Part shown: piece after piece, positions 18,606 through 26,760 of the stretch
How positions within the stretch are numbered: the first letter of the stretch is position 1
How the letters are laid out: the number at the start of each line of letters is the position of its first letter
Assembly: GCA_963705305.1 (NCBI GenBank)
Contig: OY970067.1
Coordinates: 3,360,001 to 3,424,000 of the forward strand
From: an uncultured Methylomirabilota bacterium
GTDB lineage: Bacteria > Methylomirabilota > Methylomirabilia > Methylomirabilales > 2-02-FULL-66-22
Direction: 5' to 3'
Length of the DNA stretch: 64,000 nt
Program-made: the position numbers and the translations under genes
The notes under the pieces: model-generated
What the model was told of the DNA's origin: nothing
Database searches by the model: none
The model's input: only the letters and a program-made list of their open reading frames with translations

Positions 18606-18685
18606 CAGGCCGGGGAGGGACGAGCGATCGGGAATGCGGAGCCGGGCGAGAGGCAGTTTGGGAACCCATCTTAGGAGGCAACACC

Positions 18686-19258
18686 ATGCAAAAGCGCGCG
18701 CAAGGGAAGGACAAGGGCACCGTCTACCATCGGATTCTGTGGCCCACAGACTTCTCGCCTGTGGCGAAAGCGGCCCTGCCGCACGTCCTCGCCCTCGCGG
18801 CCGGGAACGGGGCCGAAGTGGTCCTGCTCCACGTCCTCCCCACGGCAGCGATGTACGTGGTACCCGCAGAGTCGGGCCTAGTCCTGTGGCGCTTCCAGCG
18901 GGAGGCCCGGGCAGCCGCCCGGACGCAGCTCCGGCGGCTGGAACGCCAAGTGAAAGGGCCCGGCATCCGGACGCACGCGCTCCTGGCCCTGGGGGCCCCG
19001 TTCCCGCAGATCGTGCGGGCGGCCGAACGCCTCCGCTGCGACCTCATCGTCCTGGCGACTCACGGCCGCACCGGCTGGGCCCACGCCCTGCTCGGCAGCG
19101 TGGCCGAGAACGTGGTCAGGCATGCGCCCTGTCCGGTCCTCACGGTGCGCCCGCCGCGGTTCGCCCGCCGGGACGAGCAGCGGCCGTCGGCCACCCGGCG
19201 GGCCGCCGGCCGAGGGGCATCCCGGAGGCGGACGCAACGGACGAAGTCGGCAGAATGA
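18686..19258 (+). CDS. Universal stress protein (UspA family)
   Basis: AGGAGG RBS. RILWPTDFS, DLIVLATHGRTG...LLGSVAENVVRHAPCPVLTV, followed by a basic C-terminal tail. Confidence 0.92.
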   Translation: MQKRAQGKDKGTVYHRILWPTDFSPVAKAALPHVLALAAGNGAEVVLLHVLPTAAMYVVPAESGLVLWRFQREARAAARTQLRRLERQVKGPGIRTHALLALGAPFPQIVRAAERLRCDLIVLATHGRTGWAHALLGSVAENVVRHAPCPVLTVRPPRFARRDEQRPSATRRAAGRGASRRRTQRTKSAE

Positions 19259-19407
19259 GGATTTCCCCCGGACCCCCCTTTCCCCTCGGGACCACCTGGG
19301 ACGGTCGGGGAGAGTTCGCCTGCTTTTCGGAGCGGGGTCCGAGCGTCGAGCTCGGCCGGTGTCCGGATGATGTTCACACGCGCAAGAAGAAGGAGGTCTT
19401 CCCGTGA
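19255..19407 (+). pseudogene. glgX: 5' remnant of a glycogen debranching enzyme (GlgX) gene
   Basis: ATGA-coupled to the USP stop. Translates MRISPGPPFPLGTTWDGRGEFACFSERGPSVEL, resembling the GlgX N-terminus (PGxPxPLGATWDGxGVNFAxFSExAxxVEL), then diverges and stops after 50 aa. Confidence 0.7.
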
Positions 19408-19751
19408 GCACTCTCACGGTCGTCCTCGTTGTGGCCATGGTCCTCTGGGCCGTGGGCTTTGTGGTGATTGGCCTGGTCCTGGCCGAGGAGGTCCTGTGGC
19501 GCCGCCCGGCTGGAAAGGGGTCGCCCGCGATCTCGGAGACCCGGAAGGTCGCGGCGATAGTGCTCCTGCTGATCGGGGGCATCCTGGTGGTGACTGCAAT
19601 AGGGACGGGTGTCCTTGTCGCGGACCGCGAATCGCGCCTGGTGCGACTGGAGGGCAGCGTCTCGCGATTGGAGAGCACCGTGCACGCGCTCGAGAGCAAG
19701 CTGAACCTGGGGCTTTCCAACTCCCCTCAATCACCGGCCGCGCCCCGCTGA
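19404..19751 (+). CDS. Hypothetical membrane protein (2 TM plus C-terminal coiled coil)
   Basis: AAGGAGG RBS before GTG; two hydrophobic segments; heptad LEGSVSRLESTVHALESKL. Confidence 0.6.
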   Translation: MSTLTVVLVVAMVLWAVGFVVIGLVLAEEVLWRRPAGKGSPAISETRKVAAIVLLLIGGILVVTAIGTGVLVADRESRLVRLEGSVSRLESTVHALESKLNLGLSNSPQSPAAPR

Positions 19752-19868
19752 TGCGGCTCGACGACCCCGGCGTCCAGAATGGCACTTTTTAGAGACGCAC
19801 CGGCGGACGAGCGCTGCAGTAAAGGAGCGCTGACCGAGGCTGCCGGGTTCGTGTGCACATCAGAGCGG

Positions 19869-19888
19869 AATGTAACTCAAATCATATT
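19869..19888. promoter_or_regulatory. Candidate CRP/FNR-family binding site
   Basis: aaTGTAA-ctcaaa-TCATAtt versus consensus aaTGTGA-N6-TCACAtt (8/10 core positions), in an AT-rich intergenic patch. Confidence 0.45.
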
Positions 19889-20047
19889 CGAGCCGGATCC
19901 AAGCCATAACCTTGCGGCGACAGACATCGCAATTGGATCAAACGTGGGACGACACGCGGAGTGCTCTCCATTGAAGCGACGCGAGCCGCGTGGTAGCCTC
20001 GTGCGGCCGACCCGACGTGGGGCGGGCGGCACGGGGGTGTGAGACTG

Positions 20048-20785
20048 ATGGTGAAGGCGGTGACGTTCGATCTGTGGCAGACGCTGATCATGGACACGCC
20101 GGAGGGATTGCGCCGGGCGCGGGAGGGGCGCGTCCAGGGAATCCGGGCGGCCCTGGGCGGTGCGGGGTTCCCGGTCTCGGCCGCCGCGGTGGAGGAGGCG
20201 TACGACGCCGTGGGCGGCAGGCTGGAGACCCTCTGGGCCATCCAGCGCGACCTGGGCGCGCGCGGGCAGGTGGGCTGGGTGCTGGAGGCGCTGGGCCTGA
20301 CCGGGCGGCTCCCCCCGGAGGGGGCGATCATGGAGACGCTGGTGAACGCCTATTGCCTGCCCATCCTGACCGCCCTCCCGTCTCCGAACGACGGCGCGCA
20401 AGAGGTGCTGGGCGCGCTCCGCGCCTCCGGCCTCAAGCTGGGACTGATCTGCAACACCGGGCGAACACCCGGCGCGATGCTCCGGCAGGTGCTGGATCGG
20501 CTGGAGCTGGGCCCCCTCCTGCCGGTGCAGCAGTTCTCCGACGAGGTCGGCCTGCGCAAGCCCCACCCCGAGATCTTCCGGCGCACGCTGGCGGCCCTGG
20601 GCGTCGCCCCGGGGGAGGCCGTGCACGTGGGGGACGATGTCACCACGGACGTGGCGGGGGCGCGCGGCCTGGGGATGCGGGCCATTCACTTGCGGCACGC
20701 CAGCGGCGCCAGCCGGCAGTCCGAGGGGGTGGAGGTCATCTCGAGCCTCCGCTCGCTGCCATCCGTCGTGGGCCGGACCAGCTGA
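20048..20785 (+). CDS. HAD-superfamily hydrolase
   Basis: Motif I VTFDLWQTL, motif II LICNT, RKPHPEIF, motif IV HVGDDVTTDVAGA. GTG at 20039 is an alternative start. Confidence 0.92.
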   Translation: MVKAVTFDLWQTLIMDTPEGLRRAREGRVQGIRAALGGAGFPVSAAAVEEAYDAVGGRLETLWAIQRDLGARGQVGWVLEALGLTGRLPPEGAIMETLVNAYCLPILTALPSPNDGAQEVLGALRASGLKLGLICNTGRTPGAMLRQVLDRLELGPLLPVQQFSDEVGLRKPHPEIFRRTLAALGVAPGEAVHVGDDVTTDVAGARGLGMRAIHLRHASGASRQSEGVEVISSLRSLPSVVGRTS

Positions 20786-20839
20786 TCGCCTCCGGCAGCC
20801 CTTCCCGGCGATTCCAGAGAACACGCCATACGAGAAAGG

Positions 20840-20868
20840 TTGAATCCGGACCCGGCCTTGTGTACCCT
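20840..20868 (+). promoter_or_regulatory. Putative sigma70 promoter of rmuC
   Basis: TTGAAT-17 bp-TACCCT about 30 bp before the start codon. Confidence 0.45.
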
Positions 20869-20898
20869 GTGCCAGTTCCTCTAGCCGGAGCGTGAGTC

Positions 20899-22134
20899 AT
20901 GTCACAGAGTCAGCTCATCGGACTCGGCATTCTGCTCCTCCTGCTGGCCGTCGTCGGGGTCCTGGTTCTGGCGCTGCTTCTCCGGCGCCGTCCCGGCGAC
21001 GAGCTGGCCCGGGGCATGGTCGGCAGCCTCCAGGCGACGCTGGGGGATCTAGGGACGCGGATGGGGCAGCTGTCTGCGGAGCTGCAGGGGATCGGGCGGG
21101 CCCAGGAGGCGGCGCGGGCCGAGTTGCTGCAAAGTCGCGAGCAGGCGCAGCACAACCTCCAGCAGGCGGCGGACGCCCTCACCCTGCGCATTCATCAGAC
21201 GCAGCAATCGCTCACGGCGATGAGCGGGCTCGTCCAGCAGACGGTGCGGACCCAGGAGCTCTTGTCGCAAAGCCTGGGGCAGGTCCAGGACTCCCTGAAG
21301 GGCAACCTGGCCGAGGCGCAGCGCGGCCTGCAGGCGGAGATCGCCAAGACCCGCGAGCTGGTGGCGCAGATGCAGGCCGCCGACCAGGCGCGCGAGGCGC
21401 AGGAACAGGAGGCCCGGACGGCCCTGAAGCGCCTGGAGACGGTCCTCGCGGGCACCAAGTCCCGCGGGATCGCCGGAGAGAATATCCTGGGGGCGATCCT
21501 GGCCCAGCTTCCCGCGGAGCTGCGCGAGACGAACCTCACCATCAACAACAAGCCCGTGGAGTTCGCGCTGCGCCTCCCCCACGGACGCCTGCTTCCGATC
21601 GACAGCAAGTGGCCGGCGCTGTCCCAGCTCGAGCGCCTCCAAGAGACGGATGATCCGGCGCTGCGCAAAGCGTTGGCCGACGAGATCCAGTCCGAGGTGA
21701 AGAAGAAGATCCGCGAGGTGGTGAAGTACCTGGACCCGGACCGGACGATCCGGCTCGGCGTGCTGGCGGTTCCGGATGCGGTGTTCGATCTGTGCGTGGA
21801 CGCCCACGTGGAGGCCTTCAAGCAAGGGATCGTCATCATCAGCTACACCCAGGTCATTCCGTATTTGCTCTCCCTCCTCCAGGTGATCCTCCGGTTTGGG
21901 ACCGAGATCGATACGGCCCGCCTGAGTCAGGCCCTCACGACGATCGCCGACTCCCTGGAGAAGATGGACGGCGAGGTGGACGGGCGCCTCTCGCGGACGA
22001 TCACGCAGCTCCAAAACAGCCGGGAAGATCTGAAGGCCCATCTCAGCCGGGCCCGCCAGGGCGTGCGGGGCCTGCACGTCGAGGCGTCCCCCGCGGAGCT
22101 GCCGGCGCCATCGGATGAACGGCGCCCCGCCTGA
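20899..22134 (+). CDS. rmuC: DNA recombination protein RmuC family
   Basis: N-terminal TM, long coiled coil, KSRGIAGENIL, and nuclease-like VEFALRLP...PIDSKWP and KYLDP motifs. Confidence 0.85.
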   Translation: MSQSQLIGLGILLLLLAVVGVLVLALLLRRRPGDELARGMVGSLQATLGDLGTRMGQLSAELQGIGRAQEAARAELLQSREQAQHNLQQAADALTLRIHQTQQSLTAMSGLVQQTVRTQELLSQSLGQVQDSLKGNLAEAQRGLQAEIAKTRELVAQMQAADQAREAQEQEARTALKRLETVLAGTKSRGIAGENILGAILAQLPAELRETNLTINNKPVEFALRLPHGRLLPIDSKWPALSQLERLQETDDPALRKALADEIQSEVKKKIREVVKYLDPDRTIRLGVLAVPDAVFDLCVDAHVEAFKQGIVIISYTQVIPYLLSLLQVILRFGTEIDTARLSQALTTIADSLEKMDGEVDGRLSRTITQLQNSREDLKAHLSRARQGVRGLHVEASPAELPAPSDERRPA

Positions 22135-22298
22135 GCCGCCCGCCCAAGGACCCCGGCGATTGCCCGCGGTGTGGCAGCCGCTCGAGAAGGTCGGGGTCCG
22201 ACGCGGGCGCCCGGAGGCAGCGGCAGGATGACGGGCGTGGGGATCGAGGGCGCATCGAGGGTTTCTGGCCGACAGGACGGACAGAAAGGATACTGCCA

Positions 22299-23564
22299 AT
22301 GGCCGCAAGCGAATCCATCCCCCTGTACATCTGCGCCCCATTCGTCATCTTTCTCCTGCTGATTGCCACCCTGCCCTTGGCGGTCCCGCACTTCTGGGAG
22401 AAGAACCGGAACAAGGCGATTCTCTCGGCCCTGGTGAGCCTTCCGGTGCTGCCCTTTTTGATCACCCGCCTCCCGGCGGAGTTCGGGCGCACCGTCGAGG
22501 ATTACATTTCGTTTATTCTCCTCCTGGCGTCGCTCTTCATCATTTCCGGTGGCATCCTGCTGACGGGCGACCTGCAGGCCACCCCTAAGGTGAATACCCT
22601 GTTCCTGTTCATCGGGGCGGTGATTTCCAATCTGATCGGCACGACCGGCGCGGGCATGCTGCTGATTCGCCCGCTCCTGAAGACAAACAGCGAGCGAAAG
22701 TACACGTACCACATCCCCGTCTTCTTCATCTTTGTCGTGTGCAATATCGGCGGGTGTCTGACCCCGCTGGGCGATCCGCCGCTCTTTCTGGGCTATCTCC
22801 GGGGGGTCCCCTTCACCTGGACGTTGACGCTCTTCCCGATGTGGCTGTCGGCCCTGGCCATCATCTTGACCGTTTTCTACGTGTGGGATACCTGGTGTTA
22901 CCGGAAGGAAAGTCCGGCGGATCTCCGGCGGGACCGAGAGCTGGCCACCCCGCTGCGCATCTCGGGGACGCTGAATCTGCTGTTCCTGTTCGGCGTCATC
23001 CTGTCGGTGCTTCTCCAGATCCCGTTCCCGTATCGGGAGTTGACGATGGTCGTCATGGCGCTGTTGTCCCTGGGATTCACGAACAAGCAGGTGCGGGAGC
23101 GCAACGGGTTCACATTTGCCCCCATCAACGAGGTGGCGCTTCTCTTCGCCGGGATCTTCATCACCATGGTTCCGCTGCTCACGCTCCTCCGATTGAAGGG
23201 AGCGGCGCTGGGCATCACCCAGCCCTGGCAGTTCTTCTGGCTGTCGGGGGGTCTCAGCTCCTTCCTGGACAACGCTCCCACCTACCTGACCTTCTCCTCG
23301 CTGGCGCAAAGCGTCACCGGGAGTCAGGCCATCGCGGGCATCCCGGCCATCGCCGGCGTGCGAGTGGATCTGTTGCGGGCGATCAGCTGCGGATCGGTGT
23401 TCATGGGAGCGAACACGTACATCGGGAACGGGCCGAACTTCATGGTCAAAGTGATTGCCGAGGAACAGGGGGTGGCGGTCCCGCATTTCTTTCAATACAT
23501 GCTGTACTCGGGACTGCTGCTCATCCCGATGTTCCTGATCATCACCCTGCTGTTTTTTCTATAG
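22299..23564 (+). CDS. IT-superfamily secondary transporter (putative Na+/H+ antiporter, CitMHS_2-like)
   Basis: Many TM helices. SNLIGTTGAGMLLIRP, NIGGCLTPLGDPPLFLG, SSFLDNAPTY, MGANTYIGNGPNFMVK. Confidence 0.88.
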   Translation: MAASESIPLYICAPFVIFLLLIATLPLAVPHFWEKNRNKAILSALVSLPVLPFLITRLPAEFGRTVEDYISFILLLASLFIISGGILLTGDLQATPKVNTLFLFIGAVISNLIGTTGAGMLLIRPLLKTNSERKYTYHIPVFFIFVVCNIGGCLTPLGDPPLFLGYLRGVPFTWTLTLFPMWLSALAIILTVFYVWDTWCYRKESPADLRRDRELATPLRISGTLNLLFLFGVILSVLLQIPFPYRELTMVVMALLSLGFTNKQVRERNGFTFAPINEVALLFAGIFITMVPLLTLLRLKGAALGITQPWQFFWLSGGLSSFLDNAPTYLTFSSLAQSVTGSQAIAGIPAIAGVRVDLLRAISCGSVFMGANTYIGNGPNFMVKVIAEEQGVAVPHFFQYMLYSGLLLIPMFLIITLLFFL

Positions 23565-23726
23565 TGGAAATCGGTTTCGTGCCCCATGATCGGAGGCAGG
23601 CCCGGGCCCCCTGGCAGGTCCGGGGGTGGGGGCATCGAGGAGGGGGGCAGGCCGGGGGGCTCGCCGGCCGGCCCCGCAGCGGAGGCAGGGCGGCGATCCG
23701 GGATCGGGGGGAAGGGGCTGGACGGG

Positions 23727-24644
23727 ATGCCTGACAAGGAGACCATCGCGAAGCCCGAGGCGCTGAGGGTCGGACAGCGGCTGCGGATGAAGCGGGAGGA
23801 GCGCGGCCTGACGCCCGAGCAGGCGGCGTACCAGAGCAAGGTTCCACTGCGCCTGCTCCAGGCCCTGGAGGCGGACGACTACCGCCTGCTGCCGGACCCG
23901 GCCTATCTGATTCGCCTCCTGCATGACTATGCCCTCCTGCTGGAACTGGACGTGAACGAGCTGGAGGGAGAGTTCCGCAGCGCTATTCGACGACCGCCTG
24001 GCGCATCCCTGGCGGCCGTTCCGTCGAAGCAGGCCTCGGCCCCCATCCCGTGGAAGCACGTCCTCTGGACCGCGGCGGCCATCCTGATCGTCACGCCCCT
24101 GGTGTTCATCGCGTTGTCCCTGGCCTCCAGGCGGGCCGCCGAACGGGCCGCCCCGCCGGTGCAGGCTCCCCCGGCCGCCGTCGAGCCGGCGCGTCCGGAA
24201 GTGCCGCCGCCCGGTGAGGCCGTGCCTTCGGCCGCGCGGGAGGCCGCCCCGGCGGGTGGGGTTCCGGCCGCGGCCGGGGGGCCGGCGTTGCCGCCGGGGT
24301 CGGCCCAGTGGCTGTTGAAGGCCCCAGGAGCCGCTCCGGGGCCGCCGGGACGCCCCTACGTGCTGATCGCGCGGGCCCGTGAGCTGACCTGGATGGCAGT
24401 CCGGGCGGACGGAGGGGATTCCAGGGAAGTGCTTCTGCAGCCCGGACAGACCGCACAGTTCTCGGCGGAGACGCGACTCGTCGTAACCGTGGGCAATGCC
24501 GGCGGCGTGACGCTGTCGTTGAACGGCACGCCGCTGCCGATCCTGGGGAAGTCCGGGGAGGTGGTGCGCGATCTGACCCTGCCCGCGGCCTCCGGAGGAG
24601 CGCCGGAGCGTCCCGGCCAACCCGCTCCACCGGCGGGGCGATGA
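23727..24644 (+). CDS. rodZ: RodZ-like protein (XRE HTH - TM - DUF4115)
   Basis: VGQRLRMKREERGLT...LQALEADDY..LP...Y; single TM; Pro/Ala linker; WMAVRADG...VGNAGGVTLSLNG. Confidence 0.8.
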   Translation: MPDKETIAKPEALRVGQRLRMKREERGLTPEQAAYQSKVPLRLLQALEADDYRLLPDPAYLIRLLHDYALLLELDVNELEGEFRSAIRRPPGASLAAVPSKQASAPIPWKHVLWTAAAILIVTPLVFIALSLASRRAAERAAPPVQAPPAAVEPARPEVPPPGEAVPSAAREAAPAGGVPAAAGGPALPPGSAQWLLKAPGAAPGPPGRPYVLIARARELTWMAVRADGGDSREVLLQPGQTAQFSAETRLVVTVGNAGGVTLSLNGTPLPILGKSGEVVRDLTLPAASGGAPERPGQPAPPAGR

Positions 24645-25573
24645 GCACGGGGAGCCACCATGCGCGCCACCTTGGTGCTCCCGCGCGGCAGCTCCGCTGG
24701 GGGATCCTGCTCAACAGCCTATTCATCGCCCTGGAGCTGGTCGCCGGACTCTGGGTCAACAGTCTGGCCCTGATCAGCGATGCCTGGCACAACCTCGCGG
24801 ATGTCCTGGGTCTGGGGATCGCGTGGTGTGCCCTGCGTCAGGTCCAGCGGCCGGCAGATGCCGCCCGGACCTTCGGGTATCACCGGGTGGGCATTCTGGC
24901 GGCCTTGGCGAACTCGCTGTTTCTGTCCGCCGTCACACTGTTCCTGATCTACGAGGCGGTGGATCGCCTGCTGCACGCTCCCATCAGCCCCCCAGCGGGG
25001 AAGACGATCATCCTGGTGGCGGCTGTCGGCGTCCTGATCAACGGGGTGGTTGCCTACACCCTGCGGCACGCGGGACGCGATCTGAACCTGCGCAGCGCCT
25101 TCCTGCACATGCTGGGCGATGCGCTGGTCTCCCTGGGGGTGATGCTGTCCGGGGTCATCCTGCTTCGGACGGGTTGGGCCTGGGTGGACCCGGCGGCCAG
25201 CCTGCTGGTGGGCGTCTTCATCCTACTCGCGGCCTGGGGGATCGTCCGCGAGACCCTCAGCGTCCTCATGGAGGGGACGCCCTGGGGCATGGACATCCAG
25301 ATGGTGAGCCGAGCCATCGCCGAGGTCCCGGGGGTTCGAGAAGTGCATCATCTGCACGTCTGGTCCTTGAGCGCCGATCTGGCCGCCCTGAGCTGCCACG
25401 TGGTGGTGGAGGACCAGCCCGTGTCGGCCGGCGGCCTCGTCGTCGAGGAGATCTGCCGCATGCTCCAAGAGCGCTTCGGGATTGGCCACGCCACCATTCA
25501 GCTAGAGCCGGACGTCTCCCTGAGGAGCGATGCGCTGGGGATTCAAACCACACAGGGAGACGTCGGGCGATGA
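24641..25573 (+). CDS. Cation diffusion facilitator (CzcD/ZitB-like Zn/Co/Cd efflux)
   Basis: SLALISDAWHNLAD, TFGYHR, NLRSAFLHMLGD, VHHLHVWSL, HATIQLE; ATGA-coupled to the upstream gene. Confidence 0.93.
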   Translation: MSTGSHHARHLGAPARQLRWGILLNSLFIALELVAGLWVNSLALISDAWHNLADVLGLGIAWCALRQVQRPADAARTFGYHRVGILAALANSLFLSAVTLFLIYEAVDRLLHAPISPPAGKTIILVAAVGVLINGVVAYTLRHAGRDLNLRSAFLHMLGDALVSLGVMLSGVILLRTGWAWVDPAASLLVGVFILLAAWGIVRETLSVLMEGTPWGMDIQMVSRAIAEVPGVREVHHLHVWSLSADLAALSCHVVVEDQPVSAGGLVVEEICRMLQERFGIGHATIQLEPDVSLRSDALGIQTTQGDVGR

Positions 25574-26760
25574 GCGGGGCGGCGCCGGCCACGCACCCCA
25601 GGGGAGGGCGGGGCGTGATGCGTCCGCGAGGGCAGCGTTCGCGGCTCATCATTCTCGGGGGACTCACCCTGGGCCTCATGGCGGTGCACTTTGCGACCCC
25701 CGTGAGCCGCCAGGCGCTGCACGACATCGTTGTCCGGATGTTCTACCTGCCGATCATCCTGGGCGGCATGTGGTTCGGGCTCCGGGGCGGGCTGGGGACA
25801 GCGGGCCTGATCGTCGCCGTCTACCTGCCCCACGTGCTGCTGGTCGATCACGGCCGGATGACCCTGAGTTACCTCCTGGAGATTCCGATCTTCCTCGCCG
25901 TCGGCCTGCTGACCGGCCTCATGGTGGAGCATCAGGAGCAATACCGCCGGGGCCTGGAGGTCCAGGCCGAAACGCTGGCGCGCTCGCATCGAGAGCTGCA
26001 GGAGCAGACCCGCCTGCTGCTGGAGAAGGAGGCACAGCTGCGCCGCGCCGACCGGCTCTCCGCGCTGGGGCAGCTCTCCGCGGGTCTGGCCCACGAGATC
26101 CGCAATCCGCTGGGATCGATCAAGGGCGCGGTGGAGATCCTGCAGGACGATTATCCAGCCGGACATCCGAAGGCGGAGTTCTACGCCATCATCCTGCGCG
26201 AGGTGGCCCGCCTGAACGAGGTGGTGGCCAACTTCCTGACCTTCGCCCGCCCCGCGACCCTGCGCTTCGCGCCGGTGGAGGTGCTCTCGGTGATCAACGA
26301 CCTGGAGGGGCTGATCTCCGGGCAGGCGCGGGCGCACCGCGTTCAGATCTTCACCGCCTTCCACGACGGCCCGTCGCGGGTCCTGGCGGATGAGGCCCTG
26401 CTCAAGCAGGCGTTCCTCAACATCGCGCTGAACGCGCTGGAGGCCATGCCGGAGGGGGGCGACCTGGCCATCTCGACCCGTTTGGCGGGGCCGCAGGACG
26501 CGGGGACCTCCCCGGACCAGGCGCGGCCGGAATGGCTGGAGGTGGTCTTCGACGACACCGGCCTCGGCATTGCCGAGGAGAACCTCGGCCGGATCTTCGA
26601 TCCCTTCTTCACGACCAAGAGGGACGGGACGGGGCTCGGCCTCGCCATCACGCACCGCATCATCGAAAACCATCATGGGGCGATCCGGGTCGTGAGCCAG
26701 CCCGGCAAAGGGACCACCTTCGTGGTGACCCTGCCGCTGGAAGGAACCGTGCACGTATGA
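25570..26760 (+). CDS. Membrane-bound sensor histidine kinase (NtrB/ZraS-like)
   Basis: N-terminal TM bundle; H-box LAHEIRNPLGSI; N-box QAFLNIALNALEAM; DTGLGI; FDPFFTTKRDGTGLGL. ATGA overlap start (25618 is an alternative). Confidence 0.93.
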   Translation: MSGAAPATHPRGGRGVMRPRGQRSRLIILGGLTLGLMAVHFATPVSRQALHDIVVRMFYLPIILGGMWFGLRGGLGTAGLIVAVYLPHVLLVDHGRMTLSYLLEIPIFLAVGLLTGLMVEHQEQYRRGLEVQAETLARSHRELQEQTRLLLEKEAQLRRADRLSALGQLSAGLAHEIRNPLGSIKGAVEILQDDYPAGHPKAEFYAIILREVARLNEVVANFLTFARPATLRFAPVEVLSVINDLEGLISGQARAHRVQIFTAFHDGPSRVLADEALLKQAFLNIALNALEAMPEGGDLAISTRLAGPQDAGTSPDQARPEWLEVVFDDTGLGIAEENLGRIFDPFFTTKRDGTGLGLAITHRIIENHHGAIRVVSQPGKGTTFVVTLPLEGTVHV

